From: Lama glama
Taxonomy: Eukaryota
Direction of reading: 5' to 3'
Assembly: GCA_028534125.1 (NCBI GenBank)
Contig: CM052817.1
Coordinates: 33,854,001 to 33,918,000, forward strand
DNA: 64,000 nucleotides
Positions 51,001-63,090 of this stretch are shown in pieces. Each line of letters begins with the position of its first letter. Position 1 is the first letter of the stretch. The notes below the pieces were generated by a model. It saw only the letters and a program-made list of their open reading frames with translations. It did no database searches and was not told where the DNA came from. The translations under genes were made by a program, and so were the position numbers.

Positions 51001-53189
51001 CTCTGAGGAACGCCAATGGCCTTCTAGACATAATCCCCTTCATTCGCCCAACAGCCTGATGAGGCCGACCAGGAACAGGTATCCTTTGTCAACCTTGCCT
51101 ACCTCCTTTCCAGAGGAAAGAACCGAGGCCCAAAGAAATTCAGGTCAATCTGAACCTGAGAGACAGCTAGTAATAAACCCCGCGTCGTCTGACCCCCGCC
51201 TGCCAGTGGCCCATTCACCCCTTCCTGACAACGGCCTGAGCACAGTCGGGGATTTTTATGTTTCTATGCATGAGGACTTAAGAACAGATTGGATTTTGTG
51301 AATCTGTGCTTCTTCGCCTAGTAGAACAGGTGAGCCAGCCTAAATGAAAGATGGAAGAGAATTCAGGGTTTAAAACAGATGAGAAGCCAGGAGACGAAGG
51401 GGGCAGGCGGAAGGGGGCAGGTGAGCGCCGTAGGATCGGCTTCAAAGCTCGGAATTTCTGAGATCTCCGCTGATAGGAACCCCCGGGAGCAGAGGTGTGT
51501 GCTCAACAGCAGGCGTGAAACCCAGTGAACGGCGGTCCATGACTCAGACGCAAGGATTAATGCCTCGTCTATTCTTCAGGGTTCATCCGTTTTGAAATAT
51601 TCAAAACAAAGGCAGATGGCTGTGGTTTATGGTTCTGCTTTCTCAGATAGGGCAGCTCAGACGCCCAGGTTGTTGATAAATAAGGAGGAGGGCATGGCAC
51701 TGAATAGAACGATAACAGTCAACATTCATCAATCACTCACTCTGAGTCAGATATGACTATACACCTGCTTTATATTCAAGCTTCCCGACCAGCCTCTGAG
51801 GTCATATTATTATCCCTATTGGACTTTAGAGAAAATTTAGGCTTAAGGAATATGGCTAATGGGCCCAATATACTTTGCCCAACTTTTCCTCTAATATTCC
51901 CAGACCTGCTCAAATGGTTCTGCAAGGAAAGACTGAATAATTTGTACAGCAAGGAGTTGCATGATGGACACCGGAATTTTTCATTCCCAAATAAGCAAGT
52001 GAAATGTCAGGATGAATAGTCAATACGGGGAAGCATAGCCTACTTTCTAAAATTCAGGGACAGCATCCTGTCTGGAGAACTTCAACTTCCTTTTGAAAAT
52101 CATCACCCTAATTCATTACATATTCAAACATCAAGGGATGATCTGTTAAGGTCCAGCATAAGCTGATTTTCCATTTGTTTCTTCGAAAATCAGCCCATAG
52201 CCAAATGAGACAAACAGTATTTTAGAAAGAAATTTGCAGTAGCTAGATTGTACCCCTCTGAGGGTGGGGACTGTATTTTTTATACTTCCTAGGACAGTAC
52301 TCATCTCTTTCTTGCTCTGCACCTGAAAGCATCTGGTACAGCCGCAAAGACCTACCAGGCATGCAATTTGAGAGAGCGGGCAGAGCTTTAGACTAGGGGT
52401 CAGGAGACCTTGGGCAAATCATTTTGCTTATATGGGCCTCAGTTTCTTCATCTGTAAAATGGGAGTTAATCTGTTGTACCATGATTCCAAGAGCCCACTC
52501 TGGGACTCAGAAAACATCTGTTGTCACTGTTCAAAGTCAAGGGAAGGAGTGGTGCCTCGTTTTTACGCCACCCACCCCTTCATTGCTTCCATCTCATGCA
52601 TATCACAGGGTCCCTCTCCTGCTTCACTGCCTGTTAATAAAGCCAGAGACAAAGTAAGTGGAGTGGTTTGATGTCACTTTTCTTTGATAGACCTAAAGCT
52701 CCAGGAGAACAGGAACTTTGTTCTGCTCACCAGTGCATTCCCAGTGCTCAGCACAGAGCAGCTACTTAATAAGTAGTTGTAAAGAAATAATGAAAGAATA
52801 TTTGTAATGAATAAATGAACACAGAGACATGTTTGGGAAGTCAAGAGGGGAGGCATCTTGGATTACAAAGAATTCAATTACAAAAACTTTCTAGAAAACA
52901 TTCTATTTTAGAGATCTTTAAAAAAAATTTTTTAACTTAGAAAGTAAATGGAAAAATATGGATAGATGAGATCCTGAAGGAATCCTAATGGCTAATGAGA
53001 ATATGAAAAATTGTTTAATCTCCATTAATCACAGAACCAAAAATTAGAACAATAAAATCACATTTTTCTCTATAAAACTAGGAAAAAAGAAAAGACAGTA
53101 TCTCTCGATAGGGAGATATTGATGGTGAAGACCATGGAAGTCAATTTGATGTTTCCCTCAAAATGAAATATGAATACCATTTGGCTATC

Positions 53190-53547
53190 TGCTATGGGCT
53201 GATGTTTCTGTCCCCAAATTCATATGTTGAAACTTAACCCCCGAGGTGATAGTATTAGGAGGTGGGGCCTTTGGGAGGTGATTAGGTCAAGAGGATAAAA
53301 CCCCATGAATGGGATCAGGGACCTTATAAATAAGAGACCCCAAAGAGCTAGCTAGCCCTTCCCACCAAGTGAGGTTATAGCAAAAAGACAGCTTTTTATG
53401 AGGAACTGAGTCCGTTGCAGACACCAAATCTGCTGGCACCATGATCTTGGACTTTCAGCCTCCAGAACTGTGAAAAATAAGTGTTTGTTGTTATAAACCA
53501 CCCAGTTTATGGTACTTTTGTTATAATAGCCCAAGCGGACTATGACA
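53190..53547 (+). mobile_element. MLT1A-like solo LTR
   Basis: tgctatggg...ggaggtggggcctttgggaggtgattagg...ttcagcctccagaactgtga...gactatgaca; TSD ctatc / ccatc. Confidence 0.92.
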
Positions 53548-53609
53548 CCATCAATTCCTCTTCTAGGTACCTATTTTATAGAAATACTACCCCGTACTCA
53601 GTGATGTCT

Positions 53610-54068
53610 ATAACAGAATTTTACTCAGCCATAAAAAAGAATGAAATAATGCCATTTGCAGCAACATGAATGGACCTAGAGTTATCATATTAAATGAGAT
53701 AAGTCAGATAAAGATAAATATCATATGTTATCACTTACATGTGGAATCTAAAAAAAAGACACAAATGAACTTATTTATAAACAGAAAGAGACTCACAAAC
53801 ATAGGAAACAAACTTATCATTACCAAAAGGAAAGGAGAGGGGAGGGATAAATTGGGAGTTTAGGGTGAGCAGATACTAACTACTATGTACAGAATAGATA
53901 AACAACAAGGTCCTACTGTATAGCACAAGGAACTATATTCAATATCTTGTAATAACCTTGTAGAATGAAGAATAATATATATATATATTTGTATAACTGA
54001 ATCACTATACTATATACCAGAAACTAATCCAACATTGTAAATCAACTATACTTCAGTTAAAAAAAAAA
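53610..54068 (+). mobile_element. L1 ORF2 end and 3'UTR (cetartiodactyl-type)
   Basis: Encodes EFYSAIKKNEIMPFAAT; gataaacaacaaggtcctactgtatagcac; poly(A) tail. Confidence 0.93.
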
Positions 54069-54404
54069 GTCAACCAAGCAGTGGTTAGTTCTGAGGAAAA
54101 GGCCTGGATTGGAGAAAGGACCCAGGTGAAAAGTGTCTTCCAACTTTCCTTGTATATTTTTCTACACTGGTCACCTCTTTTATAATGAGATTGTATCCAT
54201 ATATTTATTCTAGATTAAAATTGGTTTTATACTTAAAAAAAAAAGTAAACACATCTGAGAATCTCTTCTCTCTAGGAGGTCTTGCAAAAGCTTCACCAAA
54301 GTGTTTTTCCAAAAATACAAAGACATCATTCTGAGCCCATTCATTACCTGGAGTTTGTTGCCATAGCCGGAGACCCTTAGACATAGACGGTACTTAGAAA
54401 AAGC

Positions 54405-54775
54405 ATGGTCCTAGGTCTAGTCCCTGGAAACAGATTCTGACACTGAGATTTCTTGGCAACTGTTTGATGTGACTGTGCTCAGCCTTATGTGGGATGACAA
54501 AAGCAAGATTGTGCAGAGTTCCCTGTGGGTGTGTCACACAGTCACAGTGCAGCCTCAGTCAATCACGTTGGTAATGCAGGCCCTTCAGAATTGTTCTGAA
54601 TTGAGGCAAGTGCCCCCTCCATCCACCAGACATCCACCAGCCCCTCTCCACTGGGGCTGCCCAGGGTGGTGGTATGACAGCGGCCAAGGGCATCCCAGAG
54701 TGGGACTGAGCTGAGAACTCAGCCACCAACAACTCTGGCAGCTGGGGCAATGAGGGGCCCCTCACCAAGGACCCC
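54405..54775 (-). mobile_element. Old ERVL-class LTR
   Basis: tccctggaaacagattctgacactgagattt ... ggcagctgggg pattern. Confidence 0.5.
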
Positions 54776-55420
54776 ACTACCATCATACCCCTAACTTTAC
54801 CTAGAACCATAGTTTAACTAAAGGCATAGCCAGAGCTTGATCTGGGAGCAGGATTCCAGGTCTTACCTAGCATAGTACCTAGCATTAGTAAACATTCAGT
54901 GTATATCTGTTGGGTGAATGAATGAACGATTTGGCCCAGGTTTATAGAATCCTGAGAAGCCTATAAAGGAGTTCAAGGTCCAGGATCCCTAAGACCGAAT
55001 CTCCACGCAGTGCAGAAACAAATCAGGTTGATTCTGGACCTCAGACTCTCTGGGCCTCACCCTGTTGGTCCCATTAATCTCACAGGGGTGGAAAGAGTAC
55101 CCTAAGGCTCCAGGGAGGCTGAAAACCCACACTGGATCATCCTGCTCCGAGCTTCTCCTCCCTCCTCCTCCCTCTCCTCCCTTCCATCTGCCCCATCTGG
55201 TCACTTCTCTGCACTTTCTTCTAAGGGTGTCAGGAGGAAGCAGTAGGAAATAAAGCTCTAGACAGATGCTTTGCTGCTAGGATGAGGTCCTATAGAAAAT
55301 ATTATGGTCATTGAGGGGAGAGCTGGGGTGCCTAAATGCACCTTGAAATACATGCTCTGACTCTTAAGACCTCTGTTGATCATTGGTTAGAATGGAGTGA
55401 AGCCCTTGGAATGTTCTAGA

Positions 55421-55582
55421 GCAGTGATTCTCAAATTTCAATGGCCTACAGATACCTGGGTGTCTTGTTAAAATGCAGATTCTGATTCAGAAGTTTTGGA
55501 GTAAGGGCCGAGAGTCTGTGTCTAGCCAGCACCCAGCTGATGCCCCATCTGCTGGTCCACGGACCACGCTTTAAGTAGCTGG
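55421..55582. mobile_element. MER5A hAT MITE
   Basis: gcagtgattctcaaa...cttgttaaaatgcagattctgattcag...ggtccacggaccacgcttt. Confidence 0.88.
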
Positions 55583-55659
55583 GGCTTTGGAGAAAGAGAC
55601 TGTAGATATGTCACTGATTTAGAGTCAACATTCTACATCAGCATCACCACCTGGCCCCT

Positions 55660-55845
55660 TAGAGTCTGCTGGGCACTGTGCTAAGTGCTTTGAGCACTCT
55701 TTCTCAGTCAATTTTCAAAGAGCCCTCCACATAGCTATTATTAAAGATAATTCCCATTTTACAGCAGGGGGAGCTGAGGCCCAGGGAGATTAAATAACCA
55801 ACCCAAGTCCGTCAGAGCCCAGGTCCTGAGTTCCTAACCACTCCA
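55660..55845 (-). mobile_element. MIR SINE
   Basis: ggcactgtgctaagtgcttt...cccattttacag...gctgaggcccag. Confidence 0.8.
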
Positions 55846-56009
55846 CAGAAGAGCTCCGCTGTGAGGCACGTTTTCCTGTGGTTCTGTTTTCTGGAAGTCC
55901 TCGGCCTTGACCCTGGCATGCAGAGCAGGGGAAAGCACTGGAGTCGGGAACAGAAGCACGGAGACTTGGCTCTCATCCAGGGTGGGAGATGACGCTGGCT
56001 CCCTGAGGG

Positions 56010-56490
56010 ACTAACCTCGGCAGCCCGGCCGCTGGTGCTTAGCTGCTCCCCCTGGATCCTCGAGGAGCGGAAGGCGAGCCACCCCGCCGCTCCTGGCCCC
56101 CAAGCCCAGTCAGCAGCCGGGGCGCAGCGCCCGGGCCCGAGGGTGCCACCTCCTCCGCGTCCCCGCTCAGCAGCGCGCTCGTTTCACACGCGGCTGCTGC
56201 GCCCGCCTTCCCGGAGCTCAGCTGAAATATTGCCTAACTCAGCCTGGAAATGCAACCTAAATTCACCCCTTGGGCCAGCAGACACTTCCTCACCAGATGC
56301 TCTTCCCCAACCAGAGCTTGGGTAATGGGAGGTGACAGGCTGAGCGCGGGGACCTGGGGCGCGAGGTTGAGCCTCTGCCAGCTGAGTGCGCTTCTCCCAG
56401 AAAGGCCGGGACCATGAAGGGGTAGAGCTGTGTTCCTGCGCTTCTTGACCACGACAGTCACAGGACAGGTCCACGGACACACTCTGCGGG
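56010..56490. promoter_or_regulatory. CpG island
   Basis: Very GC- and CpG-rich unique sequence (gcagcgcccgggcccgagg, cagcgcgctcg, ccccgcc GC box). Confidence 0.75.
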
Positions 56491-57729
56491 GAGCCAGGAT
56501 TTTACTTATTTTCAGGTCCAAATGCTCCACTTTCTTTGGAGTTGGGGGGTTCCCCTTGCTGTGATATCTCCTACTCCTTGAGGGTCCCAGCTCCAGAAAA
56601 TGCCTCTTCTGGAACAAGGCAGCAAATGGGGGCAAGGCAGGCAAGTGGAAAGATACAGCCAGACATAGGCGTTCTGGCTCAGTGAGCAAAACAGTGGCCT
56701 GACTTTCGGGATCCATTTGTCCCATTCGGTTGGTGCCCCTTGTGCAGTGAACAACCAGTACAACAATACCTGGCGACCAGCCTTCCTTTCCTCCTTCCCT
56801 CTTTTCTTCAGCCGTTGTTTATTGAATATCTCTTCTGTTCCCTGCTCATGAGCTTTTCCCCCTGCCCTCCCCACCACAGGTAATGACAATCTAAAGATAA
56901 ATAAGACACTGTCCCTGACTTCAGGAGGGGAAGCAGGCATATAAACAGATAAATTTCTAGGATTTTGATACGTAGGCCTGAATGATTTATACATGTCTAA
57001 AGTTAGGGAATCAGGCTGATTCATACTAACAATAAAAAGCCTAAGAACTTTTTCCTGGAGACCAGTACATAGTGGTGGAAGGTCTTAGAAGTGCAACTGG
57101 AAAACATTTGGTGTCTGGAATCCTGACTTGTCTCTTAGAGACACGGACAGTGCTAGCAGAGAAGAAATCTTTGCTCTGTGAGCACTTTGATGGGTTTGCA
57201 ACAGCATGTTTGGGAGAAGGCTGAATTGTTTTGCTAGTAAGAGAGGAAAGTTTTAAACAGGTTGGGAAGAGTACAGAGTAGAGGAAGGAGGAGACAGAAT
57301 GGCAGAACTCTGCACAGAAGAGAGGCCAAGGGGAAAAAACCAGGAAGAATGAATTTTTAGTTTCATCTGCTGCGAGGTGTGCTATTAAAATCTTTACTCC
57401 ATAAGTCCCCACCCTCAGTCCCTCCCCCCCCAAAACCCCCACATCATTACAGTTCACTAATAATACTGAACTGCCTGGGGTAAGGGGAAGAGACCAAGAA
57501 AGAAAAGAATCTAGGTCCTTTTAAGTTGTCATGAGTCAAAACCATAGGCGCTAGAGGCAGCGCAGACCATGAGAATAGTCGTCTGCGAGCATTCACACAG
57601 TTACCGGGAAAGCCTTCAATTTCTCAGGCCATGGGATTGGGGAGTCAAGGCAATTTCAGGGAGCCCCTGAGGAGCAGGGAGGCCCCAGCTGATCTCTATC
57701 CAGGTTGGAGCAATGATGTCCACAAAGTT

Positions 57730-58060
57730 GTTTGTCATGTTTTCAACTTAGTGTCATGTTCAAATGCGTACCGCCGCCAGGCAGGTAAAGGGATGAAATG
57801 GGTTGGATGTGAGACAGCAGGGAATGGTGGAGACTGCAGCAGGAATATAGGTTCCATCAGAAAGGGACAACGGCCACCCAGCTCTAGACAAGTGTCACCT
57901 TGCATGAATGTGGACCCAATGTTGTCAGATAGTCCACATGTTAAGAGAAAGCCAGAAATGTCAATGTTTGAGAAAAATCTCAATTTAAAAAAAAAATTAA
58001 CTAATTAAAAAAATCTTTTTAAACTTCAGGAGTCAAATGATGTCTCATGCTGTATGTAAT
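57730..58060. mobile_element. Old hAT DNA transposon (MER102-like)
   Basis: tcaaatgc...caggcaggtaa...gtggacccaatgttgtcagat...gccagaaat. Confidence 0.55.
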
Positions 58061-58469
58061 TTCTAATTTAGAAGACAGAGAAATACAGAGACAGTTCCCA
58101 TTTTCAAAGCCAGTAATTCAATGAATGGGATTAGTAAGTGGCCAGGTCAGAGCTCTGACCCAGAAGTCCAGGGTTCAGGGTTCTGGGCTCTGCTAGGCGG
58201 CTAATTGTGTAGGCTCCGTAAAATAATTTACAAACTCTGAGCCATGGTCTCATTATCCGTGGAATGAAGGGGTTACATCTGATGCTCTTTTACAGTTGGA
58301 ATTCCCATTATTGAGGGGTCAGAGAGAAAGTCTGAGTAGAGGAAAAATAACCCTGGGTGTGTTTCCAAAAGTACTGAATTCATTGACATGTATTGTGTGT
58401 CTGCAAGGTGTATGGTATTGATCATGGGATTCTTGCTTACTCCTAAAAAGTAAACATAAAGTCCAAAAG

Positions 58470-58830
58470 CACCTTAATTATTTTGCCTGCCTGAGAACAA
58501 TGTTTTCAAAGAAGTGGGAGTAGAGCCCCCACCACCGGGAGCTGTGTTACTGACACTATCAGCAGGTGAGTTACAGAGTCTGTCAGCGATGATAAGAGCG
58601 CTGGCAGATTTCCTATTCAGGCTGACACGGCTCCAAGGCAGAAACCTAACTGATGTTTGTTCAATAGTGGCAAGATATGTCACAGAATCCGTGGGGGTGT
58701 CCGGCATCTTTTGTCAGCTTAGAGAAAAACCCTGGGGAAACTATGTTGCCGACAGTTGCAGATGTTTTGAGATGAAATGATGTTTCCCTGAAAATGCCCG
58801 AGGCATGGTCTGCTGCTTTGCTGGTTGGCA
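58470..58830. promoter_or_regulatory. Candidate enhancer with a TGACA/TGTCA motif cluster
   Basis: Repeat-free; several TALE-type half-sites and GATA sites. Confidence 0.35.
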
Positions 58831-59309
58831 AACTGCCTTCTGCTGCATCAGGACCCTCCATCCCCATCCCCCACCCCACAGACTGCTCGGGATAAGCAGA
58901 ATGGCAGCTTATCCTTTGAGATTTATGTGGAACCCTGGGACAGCCCCATGCTCTTTAGAGATTCAGGGGTGGGAGGGAGGTGGAGAAGCAGCAGCAGAGA
59001 ATGAGTGGGCGAGAAAAGACTCAAGCAGAGCACTGAGATTTGAGTAATTTTAGGAGGCAGTACTGTTTACGGAACATTTCATTCTTGAGAGCTGCTGTCA
59101 CATTCTAGTCATTAGGCTGCATTTACTCGTGGGTTGTAGAAATTACTTCCCATGGGAAAAGAAAGCAATTCCTTTTTCAAAGGAGGCTTTGTTTTCGATG
59201 AGAAGAAATAAAAACGTATGACGGTGCAGCCGACTATAGCCTACATGCCCTGCAGGGTCTCTCCTGGTTCAAGTTCACTACTCAGCATGACCAGGTGAAT
59301 AGTAGCCAA

Positions 59310-59550
59310 GAAATAATAATGATGGTAATAATAATAGCTCCCACTTGCTGAGCACCTTCTATATGCCAAGCTTCAAGCTGAACATTAACATACGTATTTC
59401 AATTAATCCCTAAAGATACCCCGGGCACTCTCATTGGCCCCATTTTATAGATAAGGAAACTGAGGCTCAAAGGAGCTAAATATATTTGCTCAAGTTAACA
59501 CAGTTAGGGACTCAAACCCAAACCGTCTGGCTCTGAAGCTCATTCTTGTA
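59310..59550 (-). mobile_element. MIR SINE
   Basis: ccccattttatagataaggaaactgaggctca...gggactcaaaccca. Confidence 0.85.
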
Positions 59551-60379
59551 AGGATCCATGCCTGACTATACATTTGTCATTATGGAAGTCAAAATTCTCC
59601 CAGCAAATACTATAGGAGTGAGGAGTGAATGAAACATATAGAAGGGCACAAAACAGACAATGGCATCTCAGGAACTGGATCCCCACAGATTCCAGCTTTA
59701 ATCTATTCCATCCATTAGGTGGCACCTGCTCCCTTTCCGCCTTCTGGGTATGGGCATCCAGGGCTCCATGCATCTGCAAATTCAAGTGAGATGGCACTAC
59801 TGTGGGAGGAAACATGAGCTGCAGTTTCTGCTCCCTGCCGCCTCGGCCAGGCCAGCTGAAATCCCATTCTTGCCTTGTTAGCATTTATGTAAGACCTCTA
59901 GCTGTATCACCGAGAGTGTCCCTCACCACCCTGGACACAACCATCCTTGTGTTGATTAGTTACAGTGAAGTCATAATAATTGGCTTCATTTCTTCCCTTC
60001 ACACCTAATAGGATGCCGGGAGCTCCCTGGAACCTCCCTACCCTACAGTCTAGCATCAAGCCAGGATCGATCCCACCTGAGCATTGAGTCATTTAATCCT
60101 TTCGTCCTTCATATACCGTGTTTCAGTTTTACAAAGAGCTTTCAAACATTTTGCAGCGACATCATTAGTCAACGGGAGAACAGTGAAAATCTCATGAGCC
60201 CCCACGCATAGCAAACCAGGAGCTCCTCTCACGTCTCCAGAGAGCAGGGCATGTGACGGGTTCGGGTTTTGGCTGTGATTGTTAGAAGGAGGGGGATGAG
60301 AGTGCCCCACCCCTCAACTCTTTTGATGTTAGGAAAGAGTTTATCAAAGGATAGACAGTAAAAGCCTTAGAGGTGATGT

Positions 60380-60807
60380 CGTTACCCAGTCCAAGCTCAT
60401 ACTGCACATCGCGTGACAGGCCAATTAATCAGAAGATGAGTTGTTTGGGCAAGGAATAGCTGCTTTATTCGGAAAGCCAGCAGATGGAGAGGATGGTGGG
60501 CTAGTGTCCCAAAGAACCATCTTCCCAGAGTTAGAATTCAAGCTTCTTTTGTACTAAAAGGGGAGGGGTTAATGTTCTGGTTCTGGCCAGACTCTGGAGG
60601 GGATGGGTTAATTTCTTCCTTCCTGCAGCCGTTCTATGGTGGGCCTGGTCAGGTTTCCTGTGAGCTAAACAAAGATATTTTAGCTTAACATTCATTACCT
60701 GGGAGGCAGGGTTCCCAGCAGTGGGCCATTATGTTTAACTTAAGCTTCTAGCATCATCCCTTTAGTGATTAACTTATAATAGAATACAAAGTTCCTTCCC
60801 TATTGCA
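60380..60807 (-). mobile_element. ERV1-like solo LTR
   Basis: Termini (c)gttacc ... ctattgca; exact 4-bp TSD atgt at 60376-60379 and 60808-60811; minus-strand AATAAA (gctttattc) near 60463. Confidence 0.88.
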
Positions 60808-61689
60808 ATGTGGCTTTAAGCTTGGGGGTCTCCACTGAGGTGTCCCCTACCTTCAAAGTAGTTGAGGAGCCAGCAGCCTGCCTCACAGAGGGCACAGAGC
60901 AGGGGTCCCCTTTCAGTCCTGCCTGTCCCCTCCCGACACTGGACTCCTCTCAGTTTGCCAGTAGATCCAAGGGACGTGTTTGTCACTAGCCAGCAGCCTC
61001 TCCACAGGCTCAGCACAGGGAGCCCTCCCAACCCATGGATCCCAACCTAGTTCCTAAATCAAATACTTTCATCCTTACATGAGAAAAGAGAAATATTTTC
61101 TTATTTTAAACCACACATGAAGTGCAGTGCATTGTTCAGCCAAGCATATTAATGAGGCTTTGGAGCCAGCAAGAGAAGCCAGGGTTGAGTTTGGAGATAG
61201 GTGCTGGAGGAGTGGAATTGTTCTGCAAAAAGATTCCCAGAAGACGTTTCTATGCTGCTGAAAACCAAGAAAGGGGAGGGGACTTGAGGCCTGAATTCCA
61301 GTGGGAGACAGATGCCTGAGTTGGCAGACTCAGCCGAGGTGGTTCGTCAACATGAAAGTCTAATATCTAACTTTTAGTTGTTTGCAGGGCTGTATTGTGA
61401 GGTCTTTCTGTTTCCCCCAGGTCAGCAAGGTCTGACTTACGTGTGGGAAGTGAGTTGTTTTGTGCAAAAAGTAAGGAAGAAGAGATGTTTCATGACCAGA
61501 AGTAGAGGAGGAGAACCAAAGAGTAAAAAATGTAAGGGGACAGAGTTTGAATGGAGCCAAGTTTCCTTCCATGAGAACCTCATCCCAAAGGAACTGCAGA
61601 ACCCTCTGGAGAAGGATGGAGGGGCGTGAGACAGCAGAGTAATGGTGACACTTGGGGGACACTCACCAGTCTTGTGTGGAAGGCAGGGC

Positions 61690-61812
61690 AAGCAGTAAGC
61701 CATATATCCCCATTTGACAGATGAGAAAACCAAGATTCAGAGAGATTACGATATTGGCCTTATGTCACACATCTAGCAAGTGGGCGAGTCCAGATTAGAA
61801 TGCTCCATGTTT
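61690..61812 (-). mobile_element. MIR SINE
   Basis: atccccatttgacagatgagaaaaccaagattcagagag. Confidence 0.8.
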
Positions 61813-62764
61813 ATTCTTCCCTGAAAATTTCCCCACCATTATTTGCTAGCTGAAAGGAAACCAGAAGAAATAATCAAAAGTAAATGAGCACCTTCTGTAT
61901 ACTTTGTTGGAACTCATTACACCATCAGCCTTCTCCTCGCCGTGTCATTCTGCTATAAACTTCACCATCACTGAGACGGGAGAGGCATTTTGACGCAAGA
62001 GCTATTGCTGGAGCAGAACAGCTAGGTGGAACATCATGGCAGCCAACTCCGGATGGGTGGGCAAAGGATGGGAATCAATGAAGCAAGTGGAAAAGTTGCC
62101 TCAACCAGGGTCAAGCTAAGGCCCACGGAACAGGGAGCCCTTACAGACCTTGTGCTGCATGCGGTGGGGAAGGTGGTGCGTTTTCCTCCTCTGCAGAAGT
62201 CCTGCCATGAGTCTTCCAGTTTGGTACAACATGCTGTCAGACAGCCTGCCTCGGGGATGAAACCTTCTTTCTGCCTTGTGACCCTCCCCTCCATTGACTA
62301 TTTCCTCCACTCTGAGGACCCGTGATCTGGGCAGTTCGCATAACTTCTCACCACCAGTACAGTCTCCTGGGCTGAGGTCTTTGTGGGCACTTACTCACTG
62401 GCTAATTGCTGGCTGATTCACTGATGCTTTTACCACAAAACTTGTGATTCTCACATGGTTCTGAACCAGAACCAGGCTGAACCCATGTCCTCTGTTATTT
62501 GCAGGTGGCCTTGTGCATTTCTTCCAGGGCACGCTCTAGTAAGTAGTCATGGTGCTGATGTCCTGATGGCTGCTGTCCCTGGAACTGTCCCTGATGGCTG
62601 CTGTCCCCGAGGCTGTCACCTAATGACTTCATTCCCGAGGCTGTCCCTGATTGCCTTTGTTGCTGGGGCTGCTCCCAGAACTCTGCCTGATGCCGAGGAA
62701 GAGAAGAGCATAGAATTCTAGGGTGGAGAAGCAAAGGTCCTCTGCTGGATAGGACTTGGTGGTC

Positions 62765-62896
62765 AGTGATCATACATCTCTGTTTGGCTGGGATGTTCCC
62801 CCTTAAGTCTGTTGCCCCAGTGTAGTTATTAATAACATCTTCTTTCCAATTTCAAAATGTTCTGGTGTGGATGATAAATTATGTATGATCACCCAA
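62765..62896. mobile_element. MER81-like hAT-Blackjack MITE
   Basis: gtgatcata...gtgtagttattaataac...ggatgataaattat...tgatcaccc. Confidence 0.65.
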
Positions 62897-63049
62897 CTTT
62901 AGTGATCATCTAAAGTGGTTTTCAAGTTTTTCTTGAGCCTGGAAGAACTTTTCTTCAAACAGATACTTACTCCTGATGCCTGATGTGTAAAACAGAAAAA
63001 AGGAAAGCTGTTCTGGCTGAAGGGAGTGGAGGAGGCTGAATCACCACCT

Positions 63050-63090
63050 CCACACCACCCAACACCCACACCCACACACACACACACACC
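63050..63090 (+). repeat. (CA)n/(CCCACA)n microsatellite
   Basis: Directly visible. Confidence 0.9.

Noticed and set aside
57133..57155. REST/RE1-like cacggacagtgc (similar at ~12180)
   Set aside because: Only the right half-site matches; the TTCAGCAC left half is missing.
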